Shown: positions 10,635-20,069 of the stretch, piece by piece
Layout of the letters: each line of letters starts with the position of its first letter
Position numbering within the stretch: the first letter of the stretch is position 1
Origin: an uncultured Gemmatimonadaceae bacterium
GTDB taxonomy: Bacteria; Gemmatimonadota; Gemmatimonadetes; Gemmatimonadales; Gemmatimonadaceae
Length of the DNA: 64,000 nt
NCBI GenBank assembly: GCA_963740355.1
Contig: CAVUDW010000003.1
Coordinates: forward strand, 2,144,001-2,208,000
Reading direction: 5' to 3'
Program-made: the position numbers and the translations under genes
The notes under the pieces: model-generated
What the model was told of the DNA's origin: nothing
What the model saw: the letters and a program-made list of their open reading frames with translations, nothing else
The model's database searches: none

Positions 10635-11807
10635 CTACTTCTTGCCACGAGGCGTCCAGACGGCGACGCCGACCCGGGAATCGGCAGTCCCGTAGTACAG
10701 CAGCCACTGTCCGCGAAACGGGATCAGGGCCTCCACGAAGGTCGTGCCCTCGACGTACTGCCCCGTCTTTTCGTACGCCTCGGTGGGACGGATGAACGGG
10801 ACGTCGGTGCGGTCGAGCAACTTCACCGGATTCTTCGCGTCGAAGAGGGCCTGGCCCCCGGTGTAGATGCGGGCCGGCATCGACGGATCGCCGTGCGTGC
10901 CGAGGTTGCCAGCGTTGTAGAGCAGGACGATGCCCTTCTCCGTCAGGATCGCCGGCGGCCCCGCTTCGACCAGCCAGGAATCGAAGTAGCCAGCGCGCGG
11001 CGAGAGCACCTTCAACGCACGGCCGTCAGCATCTTCCAGCGGCGTCCAGTTGATCAGGTCATCGGATGTCGCGATCTGAATATTGGGAACGTTGTAGTAC
11101 ATCCAGTACTTGCCGTTCACCTTGGTCGCCACCAACCGGTCACCGACCACCCGCACGAGGATCGCGCCGGATTTCGTCTCGGTGCGCAGGAACTTTCCGT
11201 CACCTGCCTTGGCAAAGGCAGGGCCGTGCTTCGTCCACGTCACCAGGTCGCTCGACGTCGCCACCGCCAGCCGTGGGACGTCACCGTTCCACTGGGTGTA
11301 CGTGAGCACGTAGCGACCATCGTCGGTCTCCACGAGCCGCGGATCCTCGGTGCCGCCAGTCCACTCGTATCGCGCTTGCGCATCACGATCAGGTTGCAAC
11401 ACCGGCGTCGGACGTCGAGTGAAGCGCAACCCGTCCACACTTTCGGCAAGCCCCAGGCGCGAAGTGTGTCCGCCGATCTGTGCCGCACCGGTCGCATCCT
11501 CGGCGCGGTACATCAACATCACCTTGCCGTTGCGCACGACGGCGGCGGGATTGAACGTCGCGTACGCTTCCCACTGCACCAGGCTGTCGGTCATCGCGGA
11601 GCGCACGGTAGCACCGGGGCTCGGCGCAATGATCGGATTGACCGTGAGTGGCTTCTCGAACGGACCGAACATCCAGGAGCGATCCTGTGCGAGCAGCCCG
11701 ATGGGGATCAGTGCACTGGTCGCCATGACGCGGGCGGTGAGTCCGAGGGTCGCGATCGCGCGCTGCGAAAGGCGCCGCGATGTGCTCGTGCGGGGGAGTG
11801 TCAGCAT
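10635..11807 (-). CDS. GH130 glycoside hydrolase (BT3780-like beta-mannosidase subgroup), secreted
   Basis: FNPAAV, YRAED, TSRLG, GTEDPR, TYTQWN, WTKHGPAF, EAGPPA, YYGTADS; start at 11807 or 11822. Confidence 0.88.
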   Translation of the reverse strand: MLTLPRTSTSRRLSQRAIATLGLTARVMATSALIPIGLLAQDRSWMFGPFEKPLTVNPIIAPSPGATVRSAMTDSLVQWEAYATFNPAAVVRNGKVMLMYRAEDATGAAQIGGHTSRLGLAESVDGLRFTRRPTPVLQPDRDAQARYEWTGGTEDPRLVETDDGRYVLTYTQWNGDVPRLAVATSSDLVTWTKHGPAFAKAGDGKFLRTETKSGAILVRVVGDRLVATKVNGKYWMYYNVPNIQIATSDDLINWTPLEDADGRALKVLSPRAGYFDSWLVEAGPPAILTEKGIVLLYNAGNLGTHGDPSMPARIYTGGQALFDAKNPVKLLDRTDVPFIRPTEAYEKTGQYVEGTTFVEALIPFRGQWLLYYGTADSRVGVAVWTPRGKK

Positions 11808-11950
11808 CCGCGAATAATGCACTGGTGCACGGCGCCGGCATGGTCATGCGCCACCCCGCCCGCGCCTGATCCGCTGGTCCTTGCCACCGTGGCGCCGAGT
11901 CAGGATTGTTCGGTCAGGCGCGCACCTCTTCCTTCTGCACCACCGGCCGC

Positions 11951-14460
11951 ATGTCCTCCGATCGTCGCGAATTCCTCAAGGTCTCGGCCACGGCTGCGGC
12001 AGCGTTGTCGGTTGGGCCACTGGCAGGTGCATCGGCAACGCGGCAAACGGCCGACGACATCGCGGGACCTGGCGTCTCGCCGCATGACACCGAACGCCGC
12101 CTCACGCGCGCGACACCGGTGCCGCTGGAACGCGTCCGACTGACCGGCGGACCGCTGCACCATGCGCAGCAGATCACGGCGACCTATCTCCTGTCGCTGA
12201 ATCCGGACCGGATGATGGCGTACTACCGGCAACGCGCCGGACTTACACCGCGCGCGACGCCCTACACGGGGTGGGACGGCGACGGCAAGAATCTCACCGG
12301 CCACATCGCTGGGCATCACCTCTCCGGTGTGTCGCTGATGTTCGCGGCGACCGGCGACGCACGCTTCAAGGAGCGCGCCTCGTATCTCGTCCGCGAGATG
12401 GACGAGGTGCAGCGCGCCAACAAGGACGGTTACCTCGGCGCGATCAGCGGATTGCGCGAAGCGTTCGCAGCGGTGGCCAAGGGAGACATTCGCTCGGCGT
12501 CGTTCGACCTCAATGGGTTGTGGTCGCCATGGTACACGCTGCACAAGACCTACGCCGGCTTGCGTGATGCCTATCGGCATACGGGCAACCGACGCGCGCT
12601 CGAACTGGAGATCGCCTTTGCAGCGTGGGCCGAGCGAGCGGTGGCGCCGCTCAGCGACGCGCAGATGCAGAAGATGCTGAACACCGAGTTCGGCGGCATG
12701 AACGAAGTATTCGCCGATCTCTATGCCGATACCAGCGACGCGCGCTGGCTGACCCTCTCGCGGCGGTTCGAGCATCACGCCGTCACTGAACCGTTGCGAC
12801 GGCATCAGGACAACCTCGCCGGCAAACATGGCAACTGCCAGATTCCGAAGTTGATCGGATCGGCGGCGCGCTACGGCTACACCGGTGACACGGACGACCT
12901 GATTGCCGCGACGTTCTTCTGGGACCGCGTGGTGCGACATCACAGCTATTGCAGCGGCGGGCATGGCCTGAACGAATATTTCGGCACGCCGGACAAGCTC
13001 AGTTCGCGTATCGATGGACGTGCGGCCGAGACGTGCAATGTGTACAACATGCTCAAGCTGTCACGTCGCCTCTTCGCCTATCGGCCGGATGTGGCGTATG
13101 CCGATTTCCATGAGCGCGCGCTGTTCAATCACATCCTGGCCTCGATCGATCCGGCAGACGGCCGCACATCGTACATGGTGCCCGTGGGGCGCGGCGAACA
13201 GCAGGAGTATCAGGACATGCAGCGCGACTTCACCTGCTGCGTGGGCTCGGGCATGGAGAGTCACGCGCTGCACGGCCTGGGGGTCTGGTACGAGTCGAGC
13301 GACACCGTCTGGGTGAACCTCTTCGTGCCGTCAACGGCGCAGGCGCGCCTGGGCAAGGCACGATTCGCGATGGAAAGCAGCTTCCCCGATGGCGACAAGG
13401 CGACGATCCGTGTGTCGCTGCCACTTCCGACAGAGTTCACGCTGGCCGTGCGCCGGCCGTGGTGGGCTGGTGACGGATTTACCATCACGGTCAATGGCGA
13501 GGCTCTCCCGCAGCCGGCACTCGCGTCGCTGAACGATTCAGTGGCAGGTGGGCGGCCCGGCGCGATTGGCAACGAGTCCGACGCGCCAATCAGTTCGTAC
13601 ATTCGGATCACGCGGCGCTGGAAGACCGGTGACGTGGTCACACTGACCCTGCCGAAGTCGCTACGCCTCGAGCCGACTGCTGATGACCCGACGGTGACGG
13701 CCATCATGTGGGGGCCACTCGCCCTCGCCGCCGACTACGGGCCGCGGCGCAGCCGACATCGACGAGAATGCACAGACGACGCCACCGATGACCGTGCCGA
13801 TGCTGGTGTCCACGACACGTGACCCGTCGGCCTTCGTCACGGCGACATCGTCGTCTGGCGACTTCACCATTGCACAGGTCCTCAAGTCGCCGACGGCTGA
13901 TGTTGCGAGCAGCACGCTGTCGCTCGCGCCGTTCCATCGCACACATCGCAAGCGATATTCGCTCTACTTCGACCTCGTGACGCCCGCGCAATACGATGCA
14001 CGCGTTGCTTCCATCGCCGCGACACGTGCCGAGGAAGCGCGAATGCTTGCCTCGACGATCGCCAGTGTCACGGTCGGTGACACAGCGTCAGAAGCGGCCG
14101 CAGGCTATCGCAGCGATCTCGCAACTCGCGCAGTGGGACGCAACGAAGGGCGATCGCAGCGCAGTGGTACTGGATGGTTCTCCGTCGCGCTTCCGGTCAG
14201 TGACACGCAGCCGACGACACTCGTCGTGACCTATTTCGTGGAGCCCGGGTTACCGGCGCCCCTCGGCCCGTTCGACATCCTTGCGGACGACACCTTGCTG
14301 GCGCGACTACACGCCGGACCAGCAGCGCTCCGGGTTCTACCGCGCGCAGTATCCGATGCCAGCGGCCATCACGGCGGGCAAGCAGCGGTGCACGATTCGC
14401 TTCCAGGCGGTGGGTACCGGGCGCATCGCGCCGGTCTTCGAGGTGCGCACGATCAGGTGA
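11951..14460 (+). pseudogene. Tat-exported GH127 beta-L-arabinofuranosidase-like protein interrupted by two +1 frameshifts (pseudogene or assembly error)
   Basis: DRREFLK; GHIAGHHLS; WYTLHK; EFGGMNE; ETCNVYNMLKL; TCCVGSGME. The frame shifts at ~13750 (continues ADIDENAQTTPPMTVP...PFHRTHRKRYSLYFD) and at ~14303 (continues YTPDQQRSGFYRAQYPMP...IAPVFEVRTIR* at 14460). Confidence 0.8.
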
Positions 14461-15348
14461 TGGCCGGAGGTGTCGAGCGAAGAAGTCCGTCACGACTGTT
14501 TCGTACTCGACGCCGACCGACCGGAAGCTCGATAGATGGCGATCGCCGGCGGTAATCCAGCGCTCTGACTCGCCGGCCTCGGCGAGCAGGTGTGCGTGCC
14601 GCACCGGAACGAAGGGATCAGCCGCGGCGTGAATCACGAGTGATGGACGGCCGCGGAATCGCCGCATGTTCTGGCGGGGCGAGTGTTGCGTGAGTTGCTC
14701 GCCAGTGAGCAGGCGCGCGACCAGCAGCGCACCGCCGAGGCAGCAGGTCGGCAGTCGGGTGAGGCGGCGGAACTGGAGGCGCAGCAGGCTGTCGAGGTCT
14801 GCGAATGCGCTGTCAGTGACCAACGCACCAATGGCTAGCTCCTCCGCTGCCGCCGCGATTGCGCCAGCGCCACCCATCGACGCGCCAAGAATCCCGATCC
14901 TGCTCGGCGCGTACCCCAGCGCCAACAGGTAGTCCACGGCCCCAAGGATGTCGTGCCGTTCACGGCGACCGAATGTCAGCCTGGCGCGATCACTCTCGCC
15001 GTGCCCACGGAGGTCGAGCATCACCACACTCATGCCGCGCGCCACCATGCGTGTGGCGAGTCCGAAGGTACCGCACCGCAGTTCGTCCCCGCGACAGCCG
15101 TCGCGGCCGTGCACGAAAATCACCGCGCTGGTCGCCGCTGCTGCGCGATGATACCACGCCACCAATTGCACGGTATCGTTGCGCGCTGCGAACTGCACAC
15201 GCTTGAACTCATGCCGCGTGTGCGCGGGCGGCATCGGTGGTGCGACCCGTCGCGGTGTGGTGAAAAGGTGAGCCACCAGCACCGTGAGCATGAGGTACGA
15301 AACGAGCGAAATTCCACCGATCAGCAACAGCAGTGAACTTGTGGACAC
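14197..15348 (-). CDS. Membrane-anchored alpha/beta hydrolase
   Basis: N-terminal TM segment; VIFVHG, DLRGHGES, GASMGG nucleophile elbow, IHAAADPFVP, H near the C-end; GGAGAGG RBS before GTG 15348. The natural end looks like ~14465 but the frame stays open to 14197. Confidence 0.85.
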   Translation of the reverse strand: MSTSSLLLLIGGISLVSYLMLTVLVAHLFTTPRRVAPPMPPAHTRHEFKRVQFAARNDTVQLVAWYHRAAAATSAVIFVHGRDGCRGDELRCGTFGLATRMVARGMSVVMLDLRGHGESDRARLTFGRRERHDILGAVDYLLALGYAPSRIGILGASMGGAGAIAAAAEELAIGALVTDSAFADLDSLLRLQFRRLTRLPTCCLGGALLVARLLTGEQLTQHSPRQNMRRFRGRPSLVIHAAADPFVPVRHAHLLAEAGESERWITAGDRHLSSFRSVGVEYETVVTDFFARHLRPSPDRAHLEDRRDAPGTHRLEANRAPLLARRDGRWHRILRAVEPGALLVRRVVAPARCRPQGCRTGRGAPVTRAPRNRSRRVSSAACH

Positions 15349-15394
15349 GAGCCTCTCCGGGTGCAGACGGTGAACTGCGCTTCCTCGTCTGGGA

Positions 15395-15422
15395 GATCGT
15401 GAACTCGTGGTCCGAGGCGACA
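15395..15422 (-). promoter_or_regulatory. Putative ECF promoter TGTCG-N18-CGATC upstream of the hydrolase
   Basis: Minus strand TGTCG cctcggaccacgagttca CGATC; same boxes and spacing as 15742-15769. Confidence 0.6.
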
Positions 15423-15443
15423 CGCGCCTTTGCTACGCCCTGC

Positions 15444-15686
15444 TCAGCTCCGAAGACCAAGCGATTCGAGCGACCCCGGCACCACGCGGCGCGGCTCCCG
15501 AGATCCTGGATCCTGGCTTGGAAGGCGCGGGGCAATCCGCAGCTGCAGCTGGAGCTCGGCGGCGATCGACGGGCAGTCGATGCGGAGATCATCCAGCCAT
15601 TCCTGGCGCGCATCAGTCGGCAGGTTCCGGGCGCGCTCCAGCAGCGGTTGCAGTGCGGCCTGGAAGTGGCGATCGAGATTGAACAT
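15444..15686 (-). CDS. 80-aa protein resembling the N-terminal helical segment of ECF-associated Ser/Thr kinases, with no kinase domain
   Basis: GGAG RBS; MFNLDRHFQAALQPLLERARNLPTDARQEWLDDLRIDCPSIAAELQLQL; lies immediately downstream of the ECF gene. Confidence 0.65.
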   Translation of the reverse strand: MFNLDRHFQAALQPLLERARNLPTDARQEWLDDLRIDCPSIAAELQLQLRIAPRLPSQDPGSREPRRVVPGSLESLGLRS

Positions 15687-15741
15687 GGGTCGCTCCACGG
15701 CTTGGGGAATGCGACTCCCTTACGAAGCCGCGTACCCTCCT

Positions 15742-15769
15742 GATCGCAAAGCCGGCGCTGGAGACGACA
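15742..15769 (-). promoter_or_regulatory. Putative ECF promoter TGTCG-N18-CGATC upstream of the 80-aa ORF
   Basis: Minus strand TGTCG tctccagcgccggctttg CGATC, about 10 nt after the sigma stop codon. Confidence 0.6.
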
Positions 15770-15778
15770 TCAGCCCGC

Positions 15779-16366
15779 TCACGCCGTCGACGTGTCCCCA
15801 TCGTCCTCGCGCATGGCATGCTGCAGGAGGAGGCGCGCTTTCCGCCAATCCCGCTGGGTCGTGCGCTCCGAGACGCCGCGCATTGTGGCAATCTCACCGA
15901 GAGTGAAGCCACAGAAAAAATGCAGGTCGACCAGCTCGGCGAGCGCAGGATCGACCAGCGCGAGCTCGCTCAGCGCGAGACCAAGCGCTTCGAGCTCGGT
16001 GCTATCCACGACATCGCTCGCCGCGACGATACCGGTGTCGCCGATACCGGTGATGTGAAACTCGCCGCCTCGCTTCTGCGCCTGCTGCCGTCGACTGTAG
16101 TCGATGATCAGGCCGCGCATGGCTCGCGCTGCATACGCCAGGAAGTGCGCCCGATCCGGGAATTGCACGCCGGAGCGATCGGCGATGTTCAGGTACGCTT
16201 CGTGGAGCAGTGTCGTCGTGCCGAGGGTCAGGCCACCGGCATTCCGCACGAGCTGCCGTTGGGCTAGTCGATGCAGCTCGTCATACAGCGCCGCAAACAA
16301 CGTGTCGGCGGCCGCCAAGTTGCCGGCGTCAGCCTCTCGCATCAGTTCCGCAATACGGGTGTCCAT
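15779..16366 (-). CDS. ECF sigma factor, TIGR02999/ECF43-like (kinase-associated type)
   Basis: LYDELHRLA, TLGTTTLLHEAYLNI, DRAHFLAYAARAMRGLIIDYSR...KRGG, LVDLHFFCGFTLGEIA, ERTTQRDWRKARLLL. Confidence 0.9.
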   Translation of the reverse strand: MDTRIAELMREADAGNLAAADTLFAALYDELHRLAQRQLVRNAGGLTLGTTTLLHEAYLNIADRSGVQFPDRAHFLAYAARAMRGLIIDYSRRQQAQKRGGEFHITGIGDTGIVAASDVVDSTELEALGLALSELALVDPALAELVDLHFFCGFTLGEIATMRGVSERTTQRDWRKARLLLQHAMREDDGDTSTA

Positions 16367-16488
16367 GCTGGCCGGTCTCGCCAAGGGCTGGTACTGATGG
16401 GATCGAGGCGAATCTACCGTTGAGAGTGCTTCCGGCAATCCGCGCGTCGCCAGCACTGGCCTCGTGACCGCCTCGCCCGCTCGATGCC

Positions 16489-18327
16489 TCACGCGATCCC
16501 AGCGCGTGCCTTGGCTGCGGCAATGACCGCGGCCATGGTGTCGCGATGTGCCGTGAAGGTGTCGTCGACCACCTGCAGCGTCGGGATGGCGTTTGGCGAC
16601 AGCCCGAGCGTCTGCGTGTTGAAGGTGCCGAAGCCCCATTCGTGGACGCCGCTGCTGCCGCGGCCCGGCGCAGGGGCGCTGAGATGCGAGTAGAAGCGTG
16701 AGTACTTCCGCCATCGAGGCCCGCCACCGGCCTGGTACACGCCGATGAACTCATGCAAGGCGTCGTACGGCATCTCGCCAACTGGCAACACCCGTGGGAA
16801 CCTTGCGCGCAGGTTCTGCACGAGGCGACGGGTCCCGTCGTGCATGTCCCCGTTGGTGCTGTTCACGTGCCCGCCGACGATGTCGAGAAAATAGGCGTCA
16901 ACACCGAATCGTTCGATCGTCTCCGCGATGCGGCCCTCGAGATGGTTGCGCCACTTGTCCTCGCCGAGGTTCATGTACGTCAACCAGCCGTCCTGATGCC
17001 GGTCGTTGTTCCAGTCCACCCAGTTCAGGTTGTAGATGTCGCCGTCGATCTTGTGCGTCGCACCTGAGGCGATACGTGACCAACCGGGCTGCTTGCGATT
17101 GGCGGAGTTGGTGCCGAACATCGGCATCATCTTGAATCCCAGCTTCTGCGCCCCCTGGATCAGGTCACGGAAGCCCGCCTCGCCACCCATCCGCGCTGGC
17201 ACGACGTAGTTGGGATAGTCCCAGTAGTAGCGACCGTCCCATGCGGCCAGGAACACCAGCACACGTTCAGCGGGGATCCGAGTGGCCATCCAGCGAAGGA
17301 TTTCGAGCTGCTGGGGATACGTATTGAAGATGAAACCGGTGAAGTGCTGACCGTGCAGGGTCGTGACCAGCGCCACATCACGCATCCACTGCGGGACATC
17401 GGTACGTGATTCCCACGTTGGCAGTGTGAACGCCGATTCGATGCGCGCCATGTGTGCGGCCATCGCGTCGTCGAACGTCGCCGCCTGTCCGAGCTCCCAG
17501 CGCGGCACCACGACGCGCGTGTCATTGCGCCAGCCATCGTGCTCGTAGATCGCCTCGGTGCGGAAGGCGCCTGGTCCGGCCTGAAAGAGGTAGCGCTTTG
17601 GGCGGACGCGGGTGTCGTGCGTGCTGAGATAGCGGAAGTCCGTTTCACTCGCCTGCACGATGGCGATGGGTGTCGACATGCTTTGCGGCGTGCCCGCGCC
17701 ATGCAGGTCACCGGCACCGAAGGTGTAGCCGCCGAGCATGTCCCCGTCGCCCGGATCGGCCAGCGGCGCACCACCGAACGAGATCTTGCCGCGCGGAATG
17801 TCACGAATCACCGTCGTGACGGTGCGAATGGGGCGCGGCATCTCGGCCACGATGTCCCACGTAATCGTGCGACCGCTTCGATTGAACCTCACGACGACAT
17901 TCGCTGGTGCCTGTTCCTGCCCTCCCGCCCACGTCACACCCGTGCAGGTCATCTCGAGCGCGTCCGGCGTGCCAGTCGATCGCATCTTCGACGCATCGAG
18001 CGCGTAGGTGTTCTCTTCGGTGAAGAGCAGGAAGCTGAAGCGATGCTCTCCGAAGGCGACGGCCGGTTCGGGAAAGTCGAACGAAAACTTCATGAACGAA
18101 TCGCCACGCGGCGGGATGAACACCTCGCTCGTCGACGACAGCGGGATGATGTCGCCGGGCGCCACCACCGCTTGTGTGGGAACCGGCGCCGTGGCGACCA
18201 CCGTCGCTTCCGCCGGCGTGGGATTGGCGACACTGCGCAGCGCATCCAGCGGTACCAGCGCGCCAGCACTCGCAGCGCCGACGGTGCGGATCCAGTCGCG
18301 GCGCGAGAATGGGTCGTTCAGAGGCAT
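16489..18327 (-). CDS. Tat-exported uncharacterised protein with a GH-like TIM-barrel C-terminus
   Basis: SRRDWIR; WDGRYYWDYPNY...MGGEAGFRDLI..AQKLGFKMMPMF; GVDAYFLD; VGEMPYD. Confidence 0.7.
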   Translation of the reverse strand: MPLNDPFSRRDWIRTVGAASAGALVPLDALRSVANPTPAEATVVATAPVPTQAVVAPGDIIPLSSTSEVFIPPRGDSFMKFSFDFPEPAVAFGEHRFSFLLFTEENTYALDASKMRSTGTPDALEMTCTGVTWAGGQEQAPANVVVRFNRSGRTITWDIVAEMPRPIRTVTTVIRDIPRGKISFGGAPLADPGDGDMLGGYTFGAGDLHGAGTPQSMSTPIAIVQASETDFRYLSTHDTRVRPKRYLFQAGPGAFRTEAIYEHDGWRNDTRVVVPRWELGQAATFDDAMAAHMARIESAFTLPTWESRTDVPQWMRDVALVTTLHGQHFTGFIFNTYPQQLEILRWMATRIPAERVLVFLAAWDGRYYWDYPNYVVPARMGGEAGFRDLIQGAQKLGFKMMPMFGTNSANRKQPGWSRIASGATHKIDGDIYNLNWVDWNNDRHQDGWLTYMNLGEDKWRNHLEGRIAETIERFGVDAYFLDIVGGHVNSTNGDMHDGTRRLVQNLRARFPRVLPVGEMPYDALHEFIGVYQAGGGPRWRKYSRFYSHLSAPAPGRGSSGVHEWGFGTFNTQTLGLSPNAIPTLQVVDDTFTAHRDTMAAVIAAAKARAGIA

Positions 18328-18382
18328 GAACCGTTCGTTCGGGTCAGGGGCGACGCGCCAACGGCAGCGCACCGAACGTCAC

Positions 18383-18784
18383 TTACGTGGCGCTCTCGTT
18401 CGGAATGCGGTGCACCGTCAGCAGCATGTCGACTGGCGTACTCGCCGACAACGAATGCAGCACACCCGGCGCCAGCGTGAGCAACTGCCCCGCGCCAAGG
18501 TCGTGCGTGGCTGCCTCGACAACCACCTGCAACTGCCCTGAGAGCACATGGATGGTGACGACACCGTCAGCCTTGTGCTCCTTCATCTGGCCGCCGGCCT
18601 CGAAGGCCATCACGAGCATCGTCACCGGGCCGTGTCGTACCACAGCGGTTTGGCGATGCCCAGCCACACTGGCATGGGGCTCGTTGCGGAGTGCAGTCGC
18701 GACTGCGGGACAATCGATGAACTGCACCGACGCAGCGAGGCGCTGGTCAGGATGCGGACGAAGGCGGTCGGTTGGCGTCATCAT
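18383..18784 (-). CDS. Cupin domain protein
   Basis: FEAGGQMKEHKADGVVTIHVLSG...LAPGVLHSLSA. Confidence 0.85.
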   Translation of the reverse strand: MMTPTDRLRPHPDQRLAASVQFIDCPAVATALRNEPHASVAGHRQTAVVRHGPVTMLVMAFEAGGQMKEHKADGVVTIHVLSGQLQVVVEAATHDLGAGQLLTLAPGVLHSLSASTPVDMLLTVHRIPNESAT

Positions 18785-19366
18785 TCACCTCGGAGGAATG
18801 CGCCTGGCCGGCAATCGGACTGTGGGTGGCCGCCAGGTGGCCGCGTCACCACTGATGCCAAGCGTCGAACTGACCACCTCGAGCCGCTCTGCCGTCACGG
18901 CAATCAGCACCACACTGGTGTCACGGTCTGCATAGAAGCTATCCCACGCGGCATTCCAGTGCGCCACCTTGGTCGCGTGATCGCGCACCACGCGTGCATG
19001 CCCGATCAACGACACATAGCTCAGTGTGCCAGGATCGAAGTAGTGGAGCACGACGCGCGGATCACGCTCGACCTCGCCGACCTTCCGCGTCCGCGGATTC
19101 GTCGCAAACCAGACGGTCCATGTGCTGTCTGGCGGCAGCGGCTGTACGGTGCGCGCCTGCGGCCGGCCGGAGAGGTCGGTGGTCACGAACGTCGGATACG
19201 GGACTGCCGACACGATCCGCCGAGCACTTTCCTCCAGCGAGGGTTTCGCCGCGGCTGTGCCACTCGTCGGTCGCGGCACCACCTGCGCCTGCAGGGGCGC
19301 CGCGCACGACACCGTCCAGGCTGCGGCACACCATGCCGCGGCGCCCAGCCACAGACGGCGCGTCAC
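18785..19366 (-). CDS. Pyridoxamine 5'-phosphate oxidase-like / general stress protein 26 family, with signal peptide
   Basis: GRPQARTV, VWFATNPRTRKVGEVERDPRV, YVSLIGHA. Confidence 0.85.
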   Translation of the reverse strand: MTRRLWLGAAAWCAAAWTVSCAAPLQAQVVPRPTSGTAAAKPSLEESARRIVSAVPYPTFVTTDLSGRPQARTVQPLPPDSTWTVWFATNPRTRKVGEVERDPRVVLHYFDPGTLSYVSLIGHARVVRDHATKVAHWNAAWDSFYADRDTSVVLIAVTAERLEVVSSTLGISGDAATWRPPTVRLPARRIPPR

Positions 19367-19908
19367 CGCTTCGCTCCGGTCGTCACTGGCGGCGTTCGAC
19401 CCGACAGCGCGTGCAGCGTACCGGCCCTCGTCACCGCGTCGCCGAAGATCGGCTCACCGAAGTCGTTCTTGGTATAGGGAAAGATGACGTCGGCGCGGTA
19501 GCCGTTCCGGTGCTCGACTTCCACGACCACCGCATCGACCGAATCCGCGCCCTGTCGTGGGGCGCGCCGGACGAGATAGCCAAGTGCGACCGCGCGATAT
19601 CCCTGGCGTCGCGCACCAGCGCCGAGCAGTTGACGAAATGACACCAGGGCCGTGTCAGGCGTGTAGGTCGGTTCCGGCGTGGCGCCCACGACGCTTGCGA
19701 CATGGCCGGCGCTATCGAGCAGCCCACCGACCGGGATGTGCGCTGCGGGCGTCACGATGCGCGAGGCCGCCATGTCTCGCACCGCAGTCACAAACTCTGC
19801 GATCACGGCCCGCGTGGCCGAGTCAGCGACCGGCTTCGCGCGCTGCGCGGCCGCCGGCCTGGCGATGACGATGGCAGTGACGACGGCGACGAACAGGTGG
19901 CGGCTCAT
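19363..19908 (-). CDS. Secreted hypothetical protein
   Basis: Signal peptide ending AAA-Q; DAVVVEVEHRNGY..VIFPY; coupled to the downstream gene by a GTGA overlap. Confidence 0.65.
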   Translation of the reverse strand: MSRHLFVAVVTAIVIARPAAAQRAKPVADSATRAVIAEFVTAVRDMAASRIVTPAAHIPVGGLLDSAGHVASVVGATPEPTYTPDTALVSFRQLLGAGARRQGYRAVALGYLVRRAPRQGADSVDAVVVEVEHRNGYRADVIFPYTKNDFGEPIFGDAVTRAGTLHALSGRTPPVTTGAKR

Positions 19909-20069
19909 GGTACCCACGGAGAGGAGGTGTGAAGCTACTCGCGCTGGCGCGGTCCAGACCAGCATTCCCGGTCTGGATTGACTAACCCTGCGTCACTCGG
20001 GATCGTACCTCCGCGCGATTCGTGCCGCACTCGAGCGACCCTTGAGCGACCCTCATAATCCCCGCTGCC

